This document shows positions 22,094 through 32,247 of a stretch of DNA of 64,000 nt, in pieces. The stretch's first letter is position 1. Each line of letters starts with the position of its first letter. Source of the stretch: Clostridia bacterium. Its GTDB lineage: Bacteria > Bacillota > Clostridia > Christensenellales > Aristaeellaceae. The notes beneath the pieces are model-generated. The model saw nothing but the letters and a program-made list of their open reading frames with translations. It had not been told where the DNA came from and ran no database searches. Location of the stretch: positions 8,766 through 72,765 of the forward strand of contig JAFUFB010000029.1 of NCBI GenBank assembly GCA_017470145.1, read 5' to 3'. The position numbers were made by a program, and so were the translations under genes.

Positions 22094-22833
22094 AAAGAGA
22101 ACTGACCTTAGATGAGATTCACGCGGAGCTGCTGGAGCAGCTCCGCGATATTACCGCCGTCTGCAACCGCCACGGGATTCAGTACAACCTGATGTGCGGC
22201 ACGCTGCTGGGGGCTGTGCGCCACAAGGGCTTCATCCCCTGGGACGATGATGTGGACCTGCTGCTGACCCGGGAGGAGTTCACCAAGCTGCGGAAGGTCT
22301 ATCCCCTGGAGTGCGACCAGCGCTTCGAGCTGACCTATCTGGATACCTGGACCCCTCGGGTCATGAATCGAGACCCAGAAAAGGCGGCGGCCTTTACGGA
22401 TCTGTTTATCCTGGATCCGCTGCCGCCGGCGGGCTGGCGGAGAAAGCTGCATCTGCTGCATCTGCACCTGCTGCAGGGCATGATGAAAAAGAACGTGGAT
22501 TACAGTCGTTTTGGGCTGAAAAACCGGATTCTGCTGCGGGTCACCCATCTGATGGGGCTGCCCTTTTCCTACCAATGGAAGGCTAAGCGGTATGAAAAGG
22601 TGTCCACGAAGGTGAAGACGGGCAACGATCTGCACATGAGCAACGGGGCCTTCGAGCTGATGACCCATGTCTGGCATCCGGAGCAATTTGCCGAGAAGAT
22701 CAAGATTCCCTTCGAGGGCATCGATTGCCTGATTCCGAAAAAATATCAAGAGGTGCTGACCATCCTCTTCGGCCCGGACTACATGACGCCGCCCCCGCCG
22801 GAGGAAAGAGTCGCGAAGCATTTGGACTTATGA
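22090..22833 (+). CDS. LicD-family phosphotransferase
   Basis: GTLLGAVRHKGFIPWDDDVD, DLFILD, FGPDYMTPPP; ATG at 22090 overlaps the upstream stop. Confidence 0.9.
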   Translation: MKRELTLDEIHAELLEQLRDITAVCNRHGIQYNLMCGTLLGAVRHKGFIPWDDDVDLLLTREEFTKLRKVYPLECDQRFELTYLDTWTPRVMNRDPEKAAAFTDLFILDPLPPAGWRRKLHLLHLHLLQGMMKKNVDYSRFGLKNRILLRVTHLMGLPFSYQWKAKRYEKVSTKVKTGNDLHMSNGAFELMTHVWHPEQFAEKIKIPFEGIDCLIPKKYQEVLTILFGPDYMTPPPPEERVAKHLDL

Positions 22834-23645
22834 ACGAGATGTATTTTTGCCCCCTGTTTTCCGGCTCCAGCGGGAACGCGCTTTTCTGCCAATACGGCAA
22901 CACGCGGCTGCTGATCGACGCGGGAAAGCCGGGGCGGCAGATTGAGGAGGCGCTGCGGTCCATCGGGGTGGATCCGGCCACCCTCAGCGGCGTGCTGATT
23001 ACCCATGAGCACAGCGATCATATCCACGGCGCGGGGATCATCTCCCGGAAATATCATCTGCCCCTGTTTGCCACCTCCGGCACCTGGGCGGCCATGGCCG
23101 GCAAAATCGGGAAGATTGCCCCGGAATTCCGGCAGGAGATTCAGGCGGGGCGGGATTTCTATTTAGGGGAGATCGGCGTCGCGCCCTTTCCCATCCCTCA
23201 CGACGCGGCGGACCCGGTGGGCTTCCGGCTGTATGGCGGGAGCTTGAGCATCGCCACGGCCACGGACTTGGGGCATTTTTCCCGATTCGTGTATGACCAG
23301 ATTGCTGGCAGCGATCTGATTCTGCTGGAGAGCAACCACGATCCGGACATGCTGCGGGCTAATCCCCACTACAATATGCAGTTGAAGACCCGGATCTTAG
23401 GGGATCACGGACATCTGAGCAACGAAGCCTGCTCCGAAGCCCTGGTGCATTTGATCGCCGCTGGTACCGGCACGGTGCTGCTGGGGCATTTGAGCGGGGA
23501 AAACAACACGCCGGAGCTGGCCCGGCAGGTGTCGATCCAGGCCCTGGCCCGGGAGGGGATTCAGCCTGGCCGGGATGTACAGCTGGACGTGGCCCTGAGG
23601 GACCATACAGGGCCAGTATATACCATCAGACAAGTGACAGATTAG
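22830..23645 (+). CDS. MBL-fold metallo-hydrolase (YycJ/WalJ-like)
   Basis: LFSGSSGNA, LIDAG, ITHEHSDH, HDAADP, TDLG, LESNHD, GHLSN, LGHLSGENN. Confidence 0.88.
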   Translation: MNEMYFCPLFSGSSGNALFCQYGNTRLLIDAGKPGRQIEEALRSIGVDPATLSGVLITHEHSDHIHGAGIISRKYHLPLFATSGTWAAMAGKIGKIAPEFRQEIQAGRDFYLGEIGVAPFPIPHDAADPVGFRLYGGSLSIATATDLGHFSRFVYDQIAGSDLILLESNHDPDMLRANPHYNMQLKTRILGDHGHLSNEACSEALVHLIAAGTGTVLLGHLSGENNTPELARQVSIQALAREGIQPGRDVQLDVALRDHTGPVYTIRQVTD

Positions 23646-23801
23646 TCGTAAGCGCGCGGGAGTTCCACTCCGGGGCACGCTCTCGCTCCGTTCCAGACGT
23701 AGCGGCACAAAGCGGTTGACTTCGCGCGAGCGCTCGCCACCCGCTAAGTGCCGACGTCTTCCAAGGGCCCCAGAGTGAAACATCCCTTCGCACGACTAAT
23801 C
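23640..23801 (-). other. 162-nt rod-like hairpin (candidate structured ncRNA or MITE/REP-type element)
   Basis: gattagtcgt/acgactaatc termini, two further paired segments and a central asymmetric bubble; C-A mismatches on + become G-U on -. Confidence 0.55.
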
Positions 23802-23823
23802 AGGTACGGACAGGAGAAAGAAG

Positions 23824-25725
23824 ATGATCATACTATCGCTGCAGGGGGTGAAGAAGAGCTTCGGCACCCATGAGGTGCTGAAGGACGCCAGCTTTACCCT
23901 GCAGGAGGGAGAACGCATGGGCCTGGTGGGGGTCAATGGCAGCGGCAAGAGTACGCTGATGAAGATCATCGCCGGGCAGGAGACCGCAGACGAGGGAACC
24001 GTCAGCATCCAGAAGGGCTTGCGGCTGGGATACCTGGCCCAGCAGGGGGAGCTCAGTGGGGAGGAGACCGTGCTGCGGGTGCTGGAAAGCGTGTTCGACC
24101 CCATCGTCGCCCTGGAGCAGGAGATGCGGGAGACGGAGGCCCAGATGGCCGAGGCGGCGGGCGATCCGGAGCTGCTGCGGCGGCTGGGCGGAAAATATGA
24201 CAGCCTGACCCGGGCCTTTGAGGACGGCAATGGCTACGGATGGCGCAGCCAGGTCCAGGGGGTGCTGGCTGGGCTGAACCTCCGGGAGTATCAGGATCAG
24301 CGGACGAGAATTCTTTCCGGCGGGGAAAGAACCAGACTCTGTCTGGGGCGGATGCTGCTGAGCAATCCGGATCTGCTGCTGCTGGATGAGCCCACCAACC
24401 ACCTGGATTTGAAGAGCATCGCCTGGCTGGAGGAATATCTGCAGAGCTATCGGGGGGCGGTACTGGTGATCAGTCATGACCGCTATTTTATGGACCATGT
24501 GTGCGACAGAATGGCGGAGCTGCTGATGGGTGCCATTGAGACCTACAGCGGAAACTATACCGAGTATCTGGAAAAGCGCACCCAAGTGTACGAAATTCGC
24601 ATGAAGGCCTGGCAGATGCAGCAGCGGGAGATTGCCCGGGAGGAAGCCATCATCGCCACTTACCGCCGCTTCAATCGCGAAAAGAGCATCAAGGCGGCGG
24701 AGAGCCGGGAAAAGCGGCTGGAGAAAATAGAGCGGCTGGAGAAGCCCCAGGAGGAAGGGGCGATTCATTTCCATTTTGAAACCCGGCGGCGCACGGGGGA
24801 GGATGTACTAATCGCGGAGGGCCTGCGCAAGGGATACCAGGATCGGACCCTGTTCCAGGATCTGAAAATGCACGTCCGGGCCGGGGACCGCATCGCTCTG
24901 ATCGGGGATAACGGCACTGGGAAATCCACCTTGTTTAAGTGCCTTATCGCCCAGGAGAGGCCGGACGCCGGCATGATTCGCTGGGGCGCTGGCGTGGATA
25001 TCGGATATTACGACCAGCACCAGGTGGGGCTGGACGAGGGAAAGACCATCCTGGACGAGGTGTGGGATAAGTTCCGGCGGCTAGAGCAGTACGAGGTTCG
25101 GGGGGCCTTGGGCCAATTCCTCTTCACGGGGGACGAGGTGTTCAGCCCTATCTCCACCCTCAGCGGCGGGGAGAAGGGACGGGTGGCCCTGACGGAACTG
25201 ATGCTGCGGAAGGATAATGTGCTGCTGCTGGACGAGCCCACCAACCATCTGGACATGGACAGCCGGGAGGTGCTGGAGGAAGCCCTGGAGGGCTTCGACG
25301 GGACGATCATCGCCATCAGCCATGACCGGTATTTCATCAATCGCTTCGCCCAGAAGGTATGCGTGCTGGAGGATGGGCGGCTGAAGGAATACCTGGGGAA
25401 CTATGACGACTATTTCGCCAAGGTGAGCCGGGATCAGGAGCCGGACGGGGATCTGCCCCAGATGACGAAGACTGCCGCGGACAAGGAAAAGAAGCGCAGC
25501 AGGGAAGAGCAGCGGAAGGAAAAGGAACGGAAGGAGAGGCTGAAGGCCCTGGAGAAGGAAATCGCCGGGGCGGAGGCCGAGGCGGAGCGGATGGAAAAGC
25601 TGCTTTCCGACCCCGAGACCTATAAAGACCCGGAGGAGGGGGCCCGGATTACCCGGGAGTATAACGCGAAAAAGGAAAAGATTGACCAGCTGTACGAAGC
25701 CTGGGCGGAGCTGGAAGAGACATAA
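23824..25725 (+). CDS. ABC-F family ATP-binding protein
   Basis: Two NBDs (GVNGSGKST/LSGGE/LLDEPTNHLD; GDNGTGKST/LSGGE/LLDEPTNHLD), no TM segments, C-terminal coiled coil. Confidence 0.93.
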   Translation: MIILSLQGVKKSFGTHEVLKDASFTLQEGERMGLVGVNGSGKSTLMKIIAGQETADEGTVSIQKGLRLGYLAQQGELSGEETVLRVLESVFDPIVALEQEMRETEAQMAEAAGDPELLRRLGGKYDSLTRAFEDGNGYGWRSQVQGVLAGLNLREYQDQRTRILSGGERTRLCLGRMLLSNPDLLLLDEPTNHLDLKSIAWLEEYLQSYRGAVLVISHDRYFMDHVCDRMAELLMGAIETYSGNYTEYLEKRTQVYEIRMKAWQMQQREIAREEAIIATYRRFNREKSIKAAESREKRLEKIERLEKPQEEGAIHFHFETRRRTGEDVLIAEGLRKGYQDRTLFQDLKMHVRAGDRIALIGDNGTGKSTLFKCLIAQERPDAGMIRWGAGVDIGYYDQHQVGLDEGKTILDEVWDKFRRLEQYEVRGALGQFLFTGDEVFSPISTLSGGEKGRVALTELMLRKDNVLLLDEPTNHLDMDSREVLEEALEGFDGTIIAISHDRYFINRFAQKVCVLEDGRLKEYLGNYDDYFAKVSRDQEPDGDLPQMTKTAADKEKKRSREEQRKEKERKERLKALEKEIAGAEAEAERMEKLLSDPETYKDPEEGARITREYNAKKEKIDQLYEAWAELEET

Positions 25726-26103
25726 AGAGGAAGGAAAAGAGAGGCTGTTTTCCGAATGGGGAGGAGCTTCTTTTTTTATACGTTGATGGGAGGATTCCCT
25801 GCATAATGGGGGAGGAGGAATTTAGGCCGGAAATAGGAAGAAAAAAAGACAATGGATATGGATACGCTTGAAGAAGTGTTCAAAAAGAGTACTGAGAAAG
25901 TGTTGAAAAATAAGGGGTTAATAGAAACATGAATCTTCCTGAAAAGCGGGAAAACCCATAAATTAACGCGATTTGTTCAAAATATGGGCACGCATGAAAC
26001 GGTGTACTAAACTAATTTCAAAAAGCAAGATAAATGGCCGAGTTGGGGGATTGACAAGTCCAAAATTTTTCAAAATTTTTTTCAAAAAACCGGGTTTTCC
26101 CTA

Positions 26104-26132
26104 TTGATTTGCTTGACCAAGTCGTGTATAAT
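26104..26132 (+). promoter_or_regulatory. Promoter of the S10 operon
   Basis: TTGATT(26104-26109)-N17-TATAAT(26127-26132). Confidence 0.75.
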
Positions 26133-26139
26133 GCGACTG

Positions 26140-26290
26140 TTGTCTGTGTAGGGATGAAGGGGTAAGTTGCCGCCAGGCCAGGCGGGTAATTATCCTGGAC
26201 CAGCCCGTCAATCGGGCGACGGACTCGAAAAGCCGAACCCGGGGGAGCACCTGCGAACTCCCTCCAAAGCGGCAAAACGAGAACGAAATC
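26140..26290 (+). promoter_or_regulatory. Structured S10 (rpsJ) 5' leader RNA
   Basis: About 170-nt leader; ttgccgc(26167-26173)/gcggcaa(26269-26275) closes internal hairpins; GGGATGA...GTTGC start resembles Firmicute S10 leaders. Confidence 0.6.
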
Positions 26291-26307
26291 GAGGAGGTTA
26301 AAAGGTA

Positions 26308-26616
26308 ATGGCCAACCAGAAAATTCGTATCAAGCTGAAGAGCTACGAGCACAAATTGATCGATCAGAGTGCCGAGCGGATCGTGGAAACCGCCAAGCGC
26401 ACTGGCGCCCGTGTCTCCGGCCCCATCCCGCTGCCCACCGAGCGTGAGGTAGTGACCATCCTGCGCGCTGTGCACAAGTACAAGGACAGCCGCGAACAGT
26501 TCGAGCGCCGGACTCACAAGCGTTTGATCGACATCATTAACCCGAATCCCAAAACGGTGGACGCCATGATGAAGCTGGATCTTCCTGCTGGTGTCGAAAT
26601 CGAAATGAAGCTGTAA
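26308..26616 (+). CDS. rpsJ: 30S ribosomal protein S10
   Basis: [29 protein letters not shown]. Confidence 0.98.
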   Translation: MANQKIRIKLKSYEHKLIDQSAERIVETAKRTGARVSGPIPLPTEREVVTILRAVHKYKDSREQFERRTHKRLIDIINPNPKTVDAMMKLDLPAGVEIEMKL

Positions 26617-26632
26617 GCGGGAGGAAAGAAGA

Positions 26633-27274
26633 ATGAAGAAAGCGATCGTGGGTAAAAAGATCGGTATGACTCAGGTCTTCGCGGAAGACGGACGTCTGAT
26701 CCCGGTCACCGTGATTGAAGCGGGCCCCTGCACTGTGGTGCAGACGAAGAACAAGGAAAGCGATGGCTACGACGCCGTGCAGGTCGGTTTTGGCGATCTG
26801 ACCGAGACTCGGGCCAAGAAGCTGCTGAACAAGCCGGAGCTGGGCCATTTCAAGAAGGCCGGTGTGGATGCCAAGCGTCATCTGCGGGAATTCCGGTTCG
26901 ACGACTGCAGCGGCTATAAAGTGGGCGACGTGCTGAAGGCCGATCAGTTCGCCAGCGGCGACAAGATCGACGTTACCGGCACCAGCAAGGGCCATGGCTA
27001 CACCGGTGCCATTCAGCGCTGGAATCAGCACACCGGCCCCATGGCGCACGGCTCCAAGTATCACCGCGGCGTTGGCTCTCTGAGCGCGAACTCCGACCCG
27101 AGCCGGGTGTTCAAGAACAAGCACATGGCTGGTCACTATGGTGTGGATCGGGTCACGGTGCAGAATCTGGAAGTCGTCCAGGTGGACGCGGAACGCAACC
27201 TGCTGCTGGTCAAGGGCGCTGTGCCCGGCCCCAACGAAGGCCTGCTGATCATCCGTGACACCGTCAAGGCCTAA
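26633..27274 (+). CDS. rplC: 50S ribosomal protein L3
   Basis: [20 protein letters not shown]; operon position. Confidence 0.98.
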   Translation: MKKAIVGKKIGMTQVFAEDGRLIPVTVIEAGPCTVVQTKNKESDGYDAVQVGFGDLTETRAKKLLNKPELGHFKKAGVDAKRHLREFRFDDCSGYKVGDVLKADQFASGDKIDVTGTSKGHGYTGAIQRWNQHTGPMAHGSKYHRGVGSLSANSDPSRVFKNKHMAGHYGVDRVTVQNLEVVQVDAERNLLLVKGAVPGPNEGLLIIRDTVKA

Positions 27275-27297
27275 GGTGAAGGGAAGGAGAAAGTACA

Positions 27298-27921
27298 ATG
27301 GCTAAGACTGCTCTTTATAATATGGAAGGAGCGACCATTGGCGAGGTGGAGCTGAGCGACGCGATTTTCGCCGCTCCCATCAACGAAGCCGCCATGCATC
27401 TGGTCGTCCGTTCCTACCTGGCAGCCCAGCGCCAGGGCACCCAGAGCGCCCTGACCCGCGGAGAGGTTCGCGGGGGCGGCCGGAAGATCTACCGCCAGAA
27501 GGGCACCGGTAACGCTCGGCACCATGGCAACCGCGCGCCTCAGTTCAAGCACGGCGGCGTGGTGTTCGCGCCCAAGCCCCGGGATTACGTCGTAGGCGTG
27601 AACAAGAAGGTTCGCCGGCTGGCGTTTCGCAGCGCTCTGACCGCGAAGTTCAACGCCGGCGAGATCATCGTCGTGGATGCGCTGAACCTGAAGGAAGCCA
27701 AGACCAAGCTGATGGCGGAAGCCCTGAAGAAGCTGAACGCCGACCGCAAGGCTCTGGTGGTTCTGCCGGAGCGGGACGAGAACGTCGTTCGCGCCACCGC
27801 GAACCTGGCCCAGGCGAAGACCACTTATGTCAACACCCTGAATGTGTATGACATCCTGAATGCTGGCAAGGTCGTGCTGACCAAGGCCGCCAAGGAATCC
27901 GTCGAGGAGGTGTACGCGTAA
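27298..27921 (+). CDS. rplD: 50S ribosomal protein L4
   Basis: RQGT, GGGRKIYRQKGTGNAR. Confidence 0.98.
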   Translation: MAKTALYNMEGATIGEVELSDAIFAAPINEAAMHLVVRSYLAAQRQGTQSALTRGEVRGGGRKIYRQKGTGNARHHGNRAPQFKHGGVVFAPKPRDYVVGVNKKVRRLAFRSALTAKFNAGEIIVVDALNLKEAKTKLMAEALKKLNADRKALVVLPERDENVVRATANLAQAKTTYVNTLNVYDILNAGKVVLTKAAKESVEEVYA

Positions 27922-28226
27922 TGAAGAATGCCTATGATATCATCAAGCGCCCCGTCCTCACTGAAAAGGCGTATGAAGGCATCGCCGACAAGCGCTATGT
28001 CTTCGAAGTAGATGTTCACGCCAACAAGGCCGAGATCAAGGCCGCCATCGAAACCGTTTTCGCGGACGACGGCGTGAAGGTGGAAAAGGTGAACACCCTG
28101 CGGACCATCGGTAAGATCAAGCGGCAGGGACGGACCCAGGGCAGAACGCCCGAGACCAAGAAGGCCTATGTCACGCTGAAGAAGGACTCCAAGCCCATCA
28201 AGTTCTTCGAAGGCATGGGCGAGTAA
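27921..28226 (+). CDS. rplW: 50S ribosomal protein L23
   Basis: PVLTEKA, KKAYVTL. Confidence 0.97.
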   Translation: MKNAYDIIKRPVLTEKAYEGIADKRYVFEVDVHANKAEIKAAIETVFADDGVKVEKVNTLRTIGKIKRQGRTQGRTPETKKAYVTLKKDSKPIKFFEGMGE

Positions 28227-28248
28227 ATAGCAGGGAGGAGACGAAAAC

Positions 28249-29082
28249 ATGGCTATTCGAGTTTACAAGCCGACTTCGCCCGCCCGGCGCTTCATGTCGG
28301 TTCTGACCTACGAGGAGATTACGAAGAAGAAGCCCGAGAAGAGCCTCACCGAGTACCTCAAGAAGAACGCCGGCCGCAACAACCAGGGCAAGATTACCGT
28401 GCGTCATCAGGGCGGCGGCAACAAAGTCAAGTATCGTATCATCGACTTCAAGCGGGATAAGATCGACATCCCCGCCAAGGTCAACGCGATCGAGTATGAT
28501 CCGAACCGCAGCGCCTTCATTGCTCTGCTGTTCTACGCCGACGGCGAGAAGCGCTACATCCTGGCGCCTCTGGGCCTGAAGGTGGGCGACACCGTGATCT
28601 CCAGCGACAACGCGGACATCAAGCCCGGTAACGCCCTGCCCATCAGCAACATCCCCGTCGGTACCCTGATCCACAACCTGGAGATCAAGCCCGGCCGCGG
28701 CGGACAGCTGGTTCGCAGCGCGGGCATGAGCGCCCAGCTGATGGCGAAGGAAAACGGATACGCGCAGGTGCGTCTGCCCAGCGGCGAAATGCGGAAGCTG
28801 CCGCTGAACGCGAAGGCCACCATCGGTACTGTTGGCAACACTGATCATGAGAACGTTCGCCTGGGGAAGGCCGGCCGGGTTCGTCACATGGGCGTCCGTC
28901 CCACCGTCCGCGGCGTTGTTATGAACCCCAATGATCACCCGCACGGCGGCGGCGAGGGCAAGAGCCCCGTCGGTATGCCCGCTCCTGTGACCCCTTGGGG
29001 CAAGCCCGCGCTGGGTTACAAGACCCGGAAGCACAAGAAGTATTCCAACAAGATGATCGTCAAGCGCGCCGGCAAGAAGTAA
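28249..29082 (+). CDS. rplB: 50S ribosomal protein L2
   Basis: [33 protein letters not shown]. Confidence 0.99.
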   Translation: MAIRVYKPTSPARRFMSVLTYEEITKKKPEKSLTEYLKKNAGRNNQGKITVRHQGGGNKVKYRIIDFKRDKIDIPAKVNAIEYDPNRSAFIALLFYADGEKRYILAPLGLKVGDTVISSDNADIKPGNALPISNIPVGTLIHNLEIKPGRGGQLVRSAGMSAQLMAKENGYAQVRLPSGEMRKLPLNAKATIGTVGNTDHENVRLGKAGRVRHMGVRPTVRGVVMNPNDHPHGGGEGKSPVGMPAPVTPWGKPALGYKTRKHKKYSNKMIVKRAGKK

Positions 29083-29106
29083 TCGGAAGGAGGCTACTGA
29101 GAGGAA

Positions 29107-29385
29107 ATGAGTCGTTCCATTAAAAAGGGCCCCTATGTAGAGGGCGCGCTGATGAAGCGCATTACAGAGATGAACAATTCCGGTAAGAAGAGCGTCGTGA
29201 AGACCTGGAGCCGCTCCAGCACGATCTTCCCGGATTTCGTGGGACACACCATCGCCGTTCATGACGGACGGAAGCATGTGCCGGTCTATGTGACTGAAGA
29301 CATGGTTGGCCACAAGCTGGGCGAGTTCGCCCCCACCCGCACCTTCCGTGGACACGCGGGCGACAAGAACAGCAATCGGAAATAA
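29107..29385 (+). CDS. rpsS: 30S ribosomal protein S19
   Basis: [26 protein letters not shown]. Confidence 0.98.
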   Translation: MSRSIKKGPYVEGALMKRITEMNNSGKKSVVKTWSRSSTIFPDFVGHTIAVHDGRKHVPVYVTEDMVGHKLGEFAPTRTFRGHAGDKNSNRK

Positions 29386-29404
29386 GGAGAGGAGTTGAAA
29401 GTCT

Positions 29405-29788
29405 ATGGCTACCCGTTCTAAGGAAAAAGCGGCAGCCCGTAAGGCGAATGCCGACAAGCGGCCGCAGGCTCATGCCAAGTACGTTCGCATCTCTCCCCGC
29501 AAGGTGAAGATCGTCATCGATCTGATCCGCGGCAAGAATGTGGACGAAGCCCTGGCCATTCTGCAGTACACCCCCAAGGCTGCCAGCCCCGTTGTCGCGA
29601 AGCTGCTGAACAGCGCCATCGCCAACGCGGTGAACAACCAGGAGTTGAACCGCCAGAACCTTTATGTCGCAGAGGTGTATGCCAATCCTGGCCCCACCCT
29701 GAAGCGGTACGTTGCCCGCTCTCGCGGCAGCGCATCTCCCATGCTCAAGCGCACCAGCCATATCAGCGTGGTGCTTGACCAGAAGTAA
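29405..29788 (+). CDS. rplV: 50S ribosomal protein L22
   Basis: RISPRKV, SAIANA, KRTSHI; short basic N-terminal extension. Confidence 0.97.
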   Translation: MATRSKEKAAARKANADKRPQAHAKYVRISPRKVKIVIDLIRGKNVDEALAILQYTPKAASPVVAKLLNSAIANAVNNQELNRQNLYVAEVYANPGPTLKRYVARSRGSASPMLKRTSHISVVLDQK

Positions 29789-29806
29789 GGCGAAGGAGGA
29801 TTCAAC

Positions 29807-30475
29807 ATGGGTCACAAGGTAAATCCCCATGGCGCGCGCGTTGGTGTCATCTATGACTGGAGCACCCGCTGGTACGCCGGGAAGAAGGATTTCGCAGACA
29901 ATCTGGTGGAAGATTACAAGCTTCGCAAGATGCTGAAGGAAAAGTATTACTCCACCGGTATTTCTCACATTGACATTGAGCGCACCGCGCAGACCATGAC
30001 CGTGAACATCTTCACCGCGAAGCCCGGCATGATCATCGGCCGCGGCGGCGCCGGCATCGAAGAGCTGAAGAAGACCATCAACGATTTCCTGGGCCATCCC
30101 GCCCACATCAACGTGATGGAAATCAAGCAGCCGGACGCGGACGCGCAGCTGGTGGCGGAAAACATCGCCCAGCAGCTGGAAAAGCGCATCAGCTTCCGTC
30201 GGGCCATGAAGCAGAGCCAGCAGCGCGCCATGAAGGTTCCCGGCGTCAAGGGAATCAAGACCGCCGTGGGCGGCCGGCTGGGCGGCGCCGATATCGCTCG
30301 GACCGAGCGCTATCATGAAGGTTCCACCCCGCTGCAGACGCTGCGCGCCAACATCGACTACGGCTTTGCCGAAGCGAAGACCACCTATGGTCGCCTGGGC
30401 GTAAAGGTCTGGATCTACAAGGGACAGATCCTGCCCAAGTCCAAGAAGGCTCCCATTGCGAAGGAGGGAAAGTAA
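29807..30475 (+). CDS. rpsC: 30S ribosomal protein S3
   Basis: [28 protein letters not shown]. Confidence 0.98.
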   Translation: MGHKVNPHGARVGVIYDWSTRWYAGKKDFADNLVEDYKLRKMLKEKYYSTGISHIDIERTAQTMTVNIFTAKPGMIIGRGGAGIEELKKTINDFLGHPAHINVMEIKQPDADAQLVAENIAQQLEKRISFRRAMKQSQQRAMKVPGVKGIKTAVGGRLGGADIARTERYHEGSTPLQTLRANIDYGFAEAKTTYGRLGVKVWIYKGQILPKSKKAPIAKEGK

Positions 30476-30478
30476 CCA

Positions 30479-30922
30479 ATGCTGATGCCGAAGAGAGTAA
30501 AGCGCCGCAAGGTATTCCGCGGACGCATGAAGGGAAAGGCCCAGCGCGGTAATTTCCTGGCTTATGGAGATTACGGCCTGCAGGCCATGGAGCCCTGCTG
30601 GGTGACCAGTCAGCAGATCGAGGCTGCTCGTATCGCCCTGACCCGTTACACCAAGCGTGGCGGCCAGGTGTGGATCAAGATCTTCCCCGACAAGCCTGTC
30701 ACCGCTAAGCCCGCCGAAACCCGCATGGGTTCCGGTAAAGGCGCTCCTGAATACTGGGTTGCAGTGGTTAAGCCCGGCCGCGTACTGTTCGAGGTCAAGG
30801 GTGTGCCGGAAGAAACCGCCCGCGAGGCGCTCCGTCTGGCCAGCCACAAGCTGCCCCTGAAGACCAAGTTTATCATGAAGGCCAATGAGGCCAAGACTGA
30901 AGCGGGTGGTGAAGAAGCATGA
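30479..30922 (+). CDS. rplP: 50S ribosomal protein L16
   Basis: [18 protein letters not shown]. Confidence 0.98.
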   Translation: MLMPKRVKRRKVFRGRMKGKAQRGNFLAYGDYGLQAMEPCWVTSQQIEAARIALTRYTKRGGQVWIKIFPDKPVTAKPAETRMGSGKGAPEYWVAVVKPGRVLFEVKGVPEETAREALRLASHKLPLKTKFIMKANEAKTEAGGEEA

Positions 30923-31107
30923 AGGCAAACGAATTGACTGCAATGACCACAGAGCAGCTGGAGGAAAAGGTCAAGGAGCTGAAGAGCCAGCTGTTCAGCC
31001 TTCGCTTCCAGCTTGCTACAGGCCAGCTGCAGAACACCATGCAGATCAGCGAAACCAAGCGCGACATCGCACGGTGCAAGACGATCCTGCGCCAGAAGGC
31101 ACAGTAA
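30919..31107 (+). CDS. rpmC: 50S ribosomal protein L29
   Basis: [21 protein letters not shown]. Confidence 0.96.
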   Translation: MKANELTAMTTEQLEEKVKELKSQLFSLRFQLATGQLQNTMQISETKRDIARCKTILRQKAQ

Positions 31108-31125
31108 GAAGGAGGCAGCTGAAAG

Positions 31126-31383
31126 ATGGAAGAAAGAGGACTGCGTAAAACCCGGATCGGCGTCGTGATCAGCGACAAGATGGATAAGACCTGCGTCATC
31201 CAGATCAAGACCCGCGTCCGTCATCCGCTGTATGGCAAGATTATGAACCGCACCAGTAAGCTGAAGGTTCATGACGAAAACAACGAGTGCGGCATCGGCG
31301 ATACCATCCGCGTGATGGAAACTCGTCCGCTGAGCAAGGATAAGCGCTGGCGTCTGGTCGAGATTCTCGAAAAGGCGAAGTAA
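31126..31383 (+). CDS. rpsQ: 30S ribosomal protein S17
   Basis: [24 protein letters not shown]. Confidence 0.98.
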   Translation: MEERGLRKTRIGVVISDKMDKTCVIQIKTRVRHPLYGKIMNRTSKLKVHDENNECGIGDTIRVMETRPLSKDKRWRLVEILEKAK

Positions 31384-31509
31384 GGCGTCTTCCGAGGGAT
31401 GCTCTCCCATTAGAAACCGGTTTGTCTGGGCCTTTGCAGACAGATGCCTGCCGGTTTCTTAATCGGAAGAATGGATTCCTCAAGATTGTAAATTAGGAGG
31501 AAAATCACA

Positions 31510-31878
31510 ATGATTCAGCCGCAAACCCGGCTTAAGGTGGCCGATAACTCCGGCGCCAAGGAAATCATGTGCATCCGCGTCCTGGGCGGCTCTTTCCGTC
31601 GCGACGGCAGCATCGGTGATGTGATCGTTGCCAGCGTCAAGAGCGCGACTCCCGGCGGCACGGTGAAGAAGGGCGACGTCGTGAAGGCGGTGGTCGTCCG
31701 GATGCGCAAGAATAAGCGTCGGTCCGATGGCAGCTACATCAAGTTCGACGATAACGCCGCTGTCATCATCAATGATCAGAAAATGCCCCGCGGGACCCGT
31801 ATCTTTGGGCCTGTGGCTCGCGAGCTGCGTGAGAAGGATTTCATGAAGATCGTCTCCCTGGCTCCCGAAGTACTGTAA
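31510..31878 (+). CDS. rplN: 50S ribosomal protein L14
   Basis: [21 protein letters not shown]. Confidence 0.99.
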   Translation: MIQPQTRLKVADNSGAKEIMCIRVLGGSFRRDGSIGDVIVASVKSATPGGTVKKGDVVKAVVVRMRKNKRRSDGSYIKFDDNAAVIINDQKMPRGTRIFGPVARELREKDFMKIVSLAPEVL

Positions 31879-31893
31879 GGAGGCGGAACGGTA

Positions 31894-32229
31894 ATGCATG
31901 TAAAGTCCAATGATACCGTCATCGTCATCTCCGGCAAGGATAAGGGAAAGAAGGGGAAGATTTCCGCCGCGTTCCCGAAGCTGAACCGGGTGACTGTCGA
32001 AGGCGTCAACGTGGTGACCAAGCACCAGAAGGCCCGGAATCAGATGCAGCCCGGCGGCATTATCCACAAGGAAATGCCCATCGATGCCAGCAACGTCATG
32101 CTGGTGTGCCCCAAGTGCGGCAAGCCCGCCCGCGTGGCTCACAAGGTGACCCTGGTTGCGGACGACAATGGCAAGCAGCATCGCAAGATGGTTCGCGTTT
32201 GCAAGAAGTGCAACGCGGAGATTGACTGA
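31894..32229 (+). CDS. rplX: 50S ribosomal protein L24
   Basis: [14 protein letters not shown] motif, PIDASNV. Confidence 0.97.
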   Translation: MHVKSNDTVIVISGKDKGKKGKISAAFPKLNRVTVEGVNVVTKHQKARNQMQPGGIIHKEMPIDASNVMLVCPKCGKPARVAHKVTLVADDNGKQHRKMVRVCKKCNAEID

Positions 32230-32247
32230 TAAAGGAGGAGCGCCATA

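Noticed and set aside
23765-23783. parS site (GTGAAACA half)
   Set aside because: Only one half matches; not the TGTTNCACGTGAAACA palindrome
25780-26100. AT-rich region as replication origin or small-gene locus
   Set aside because: No DnaA boxes or convincing ORF seen; consistent with the upstream region of the strong S10 promoter
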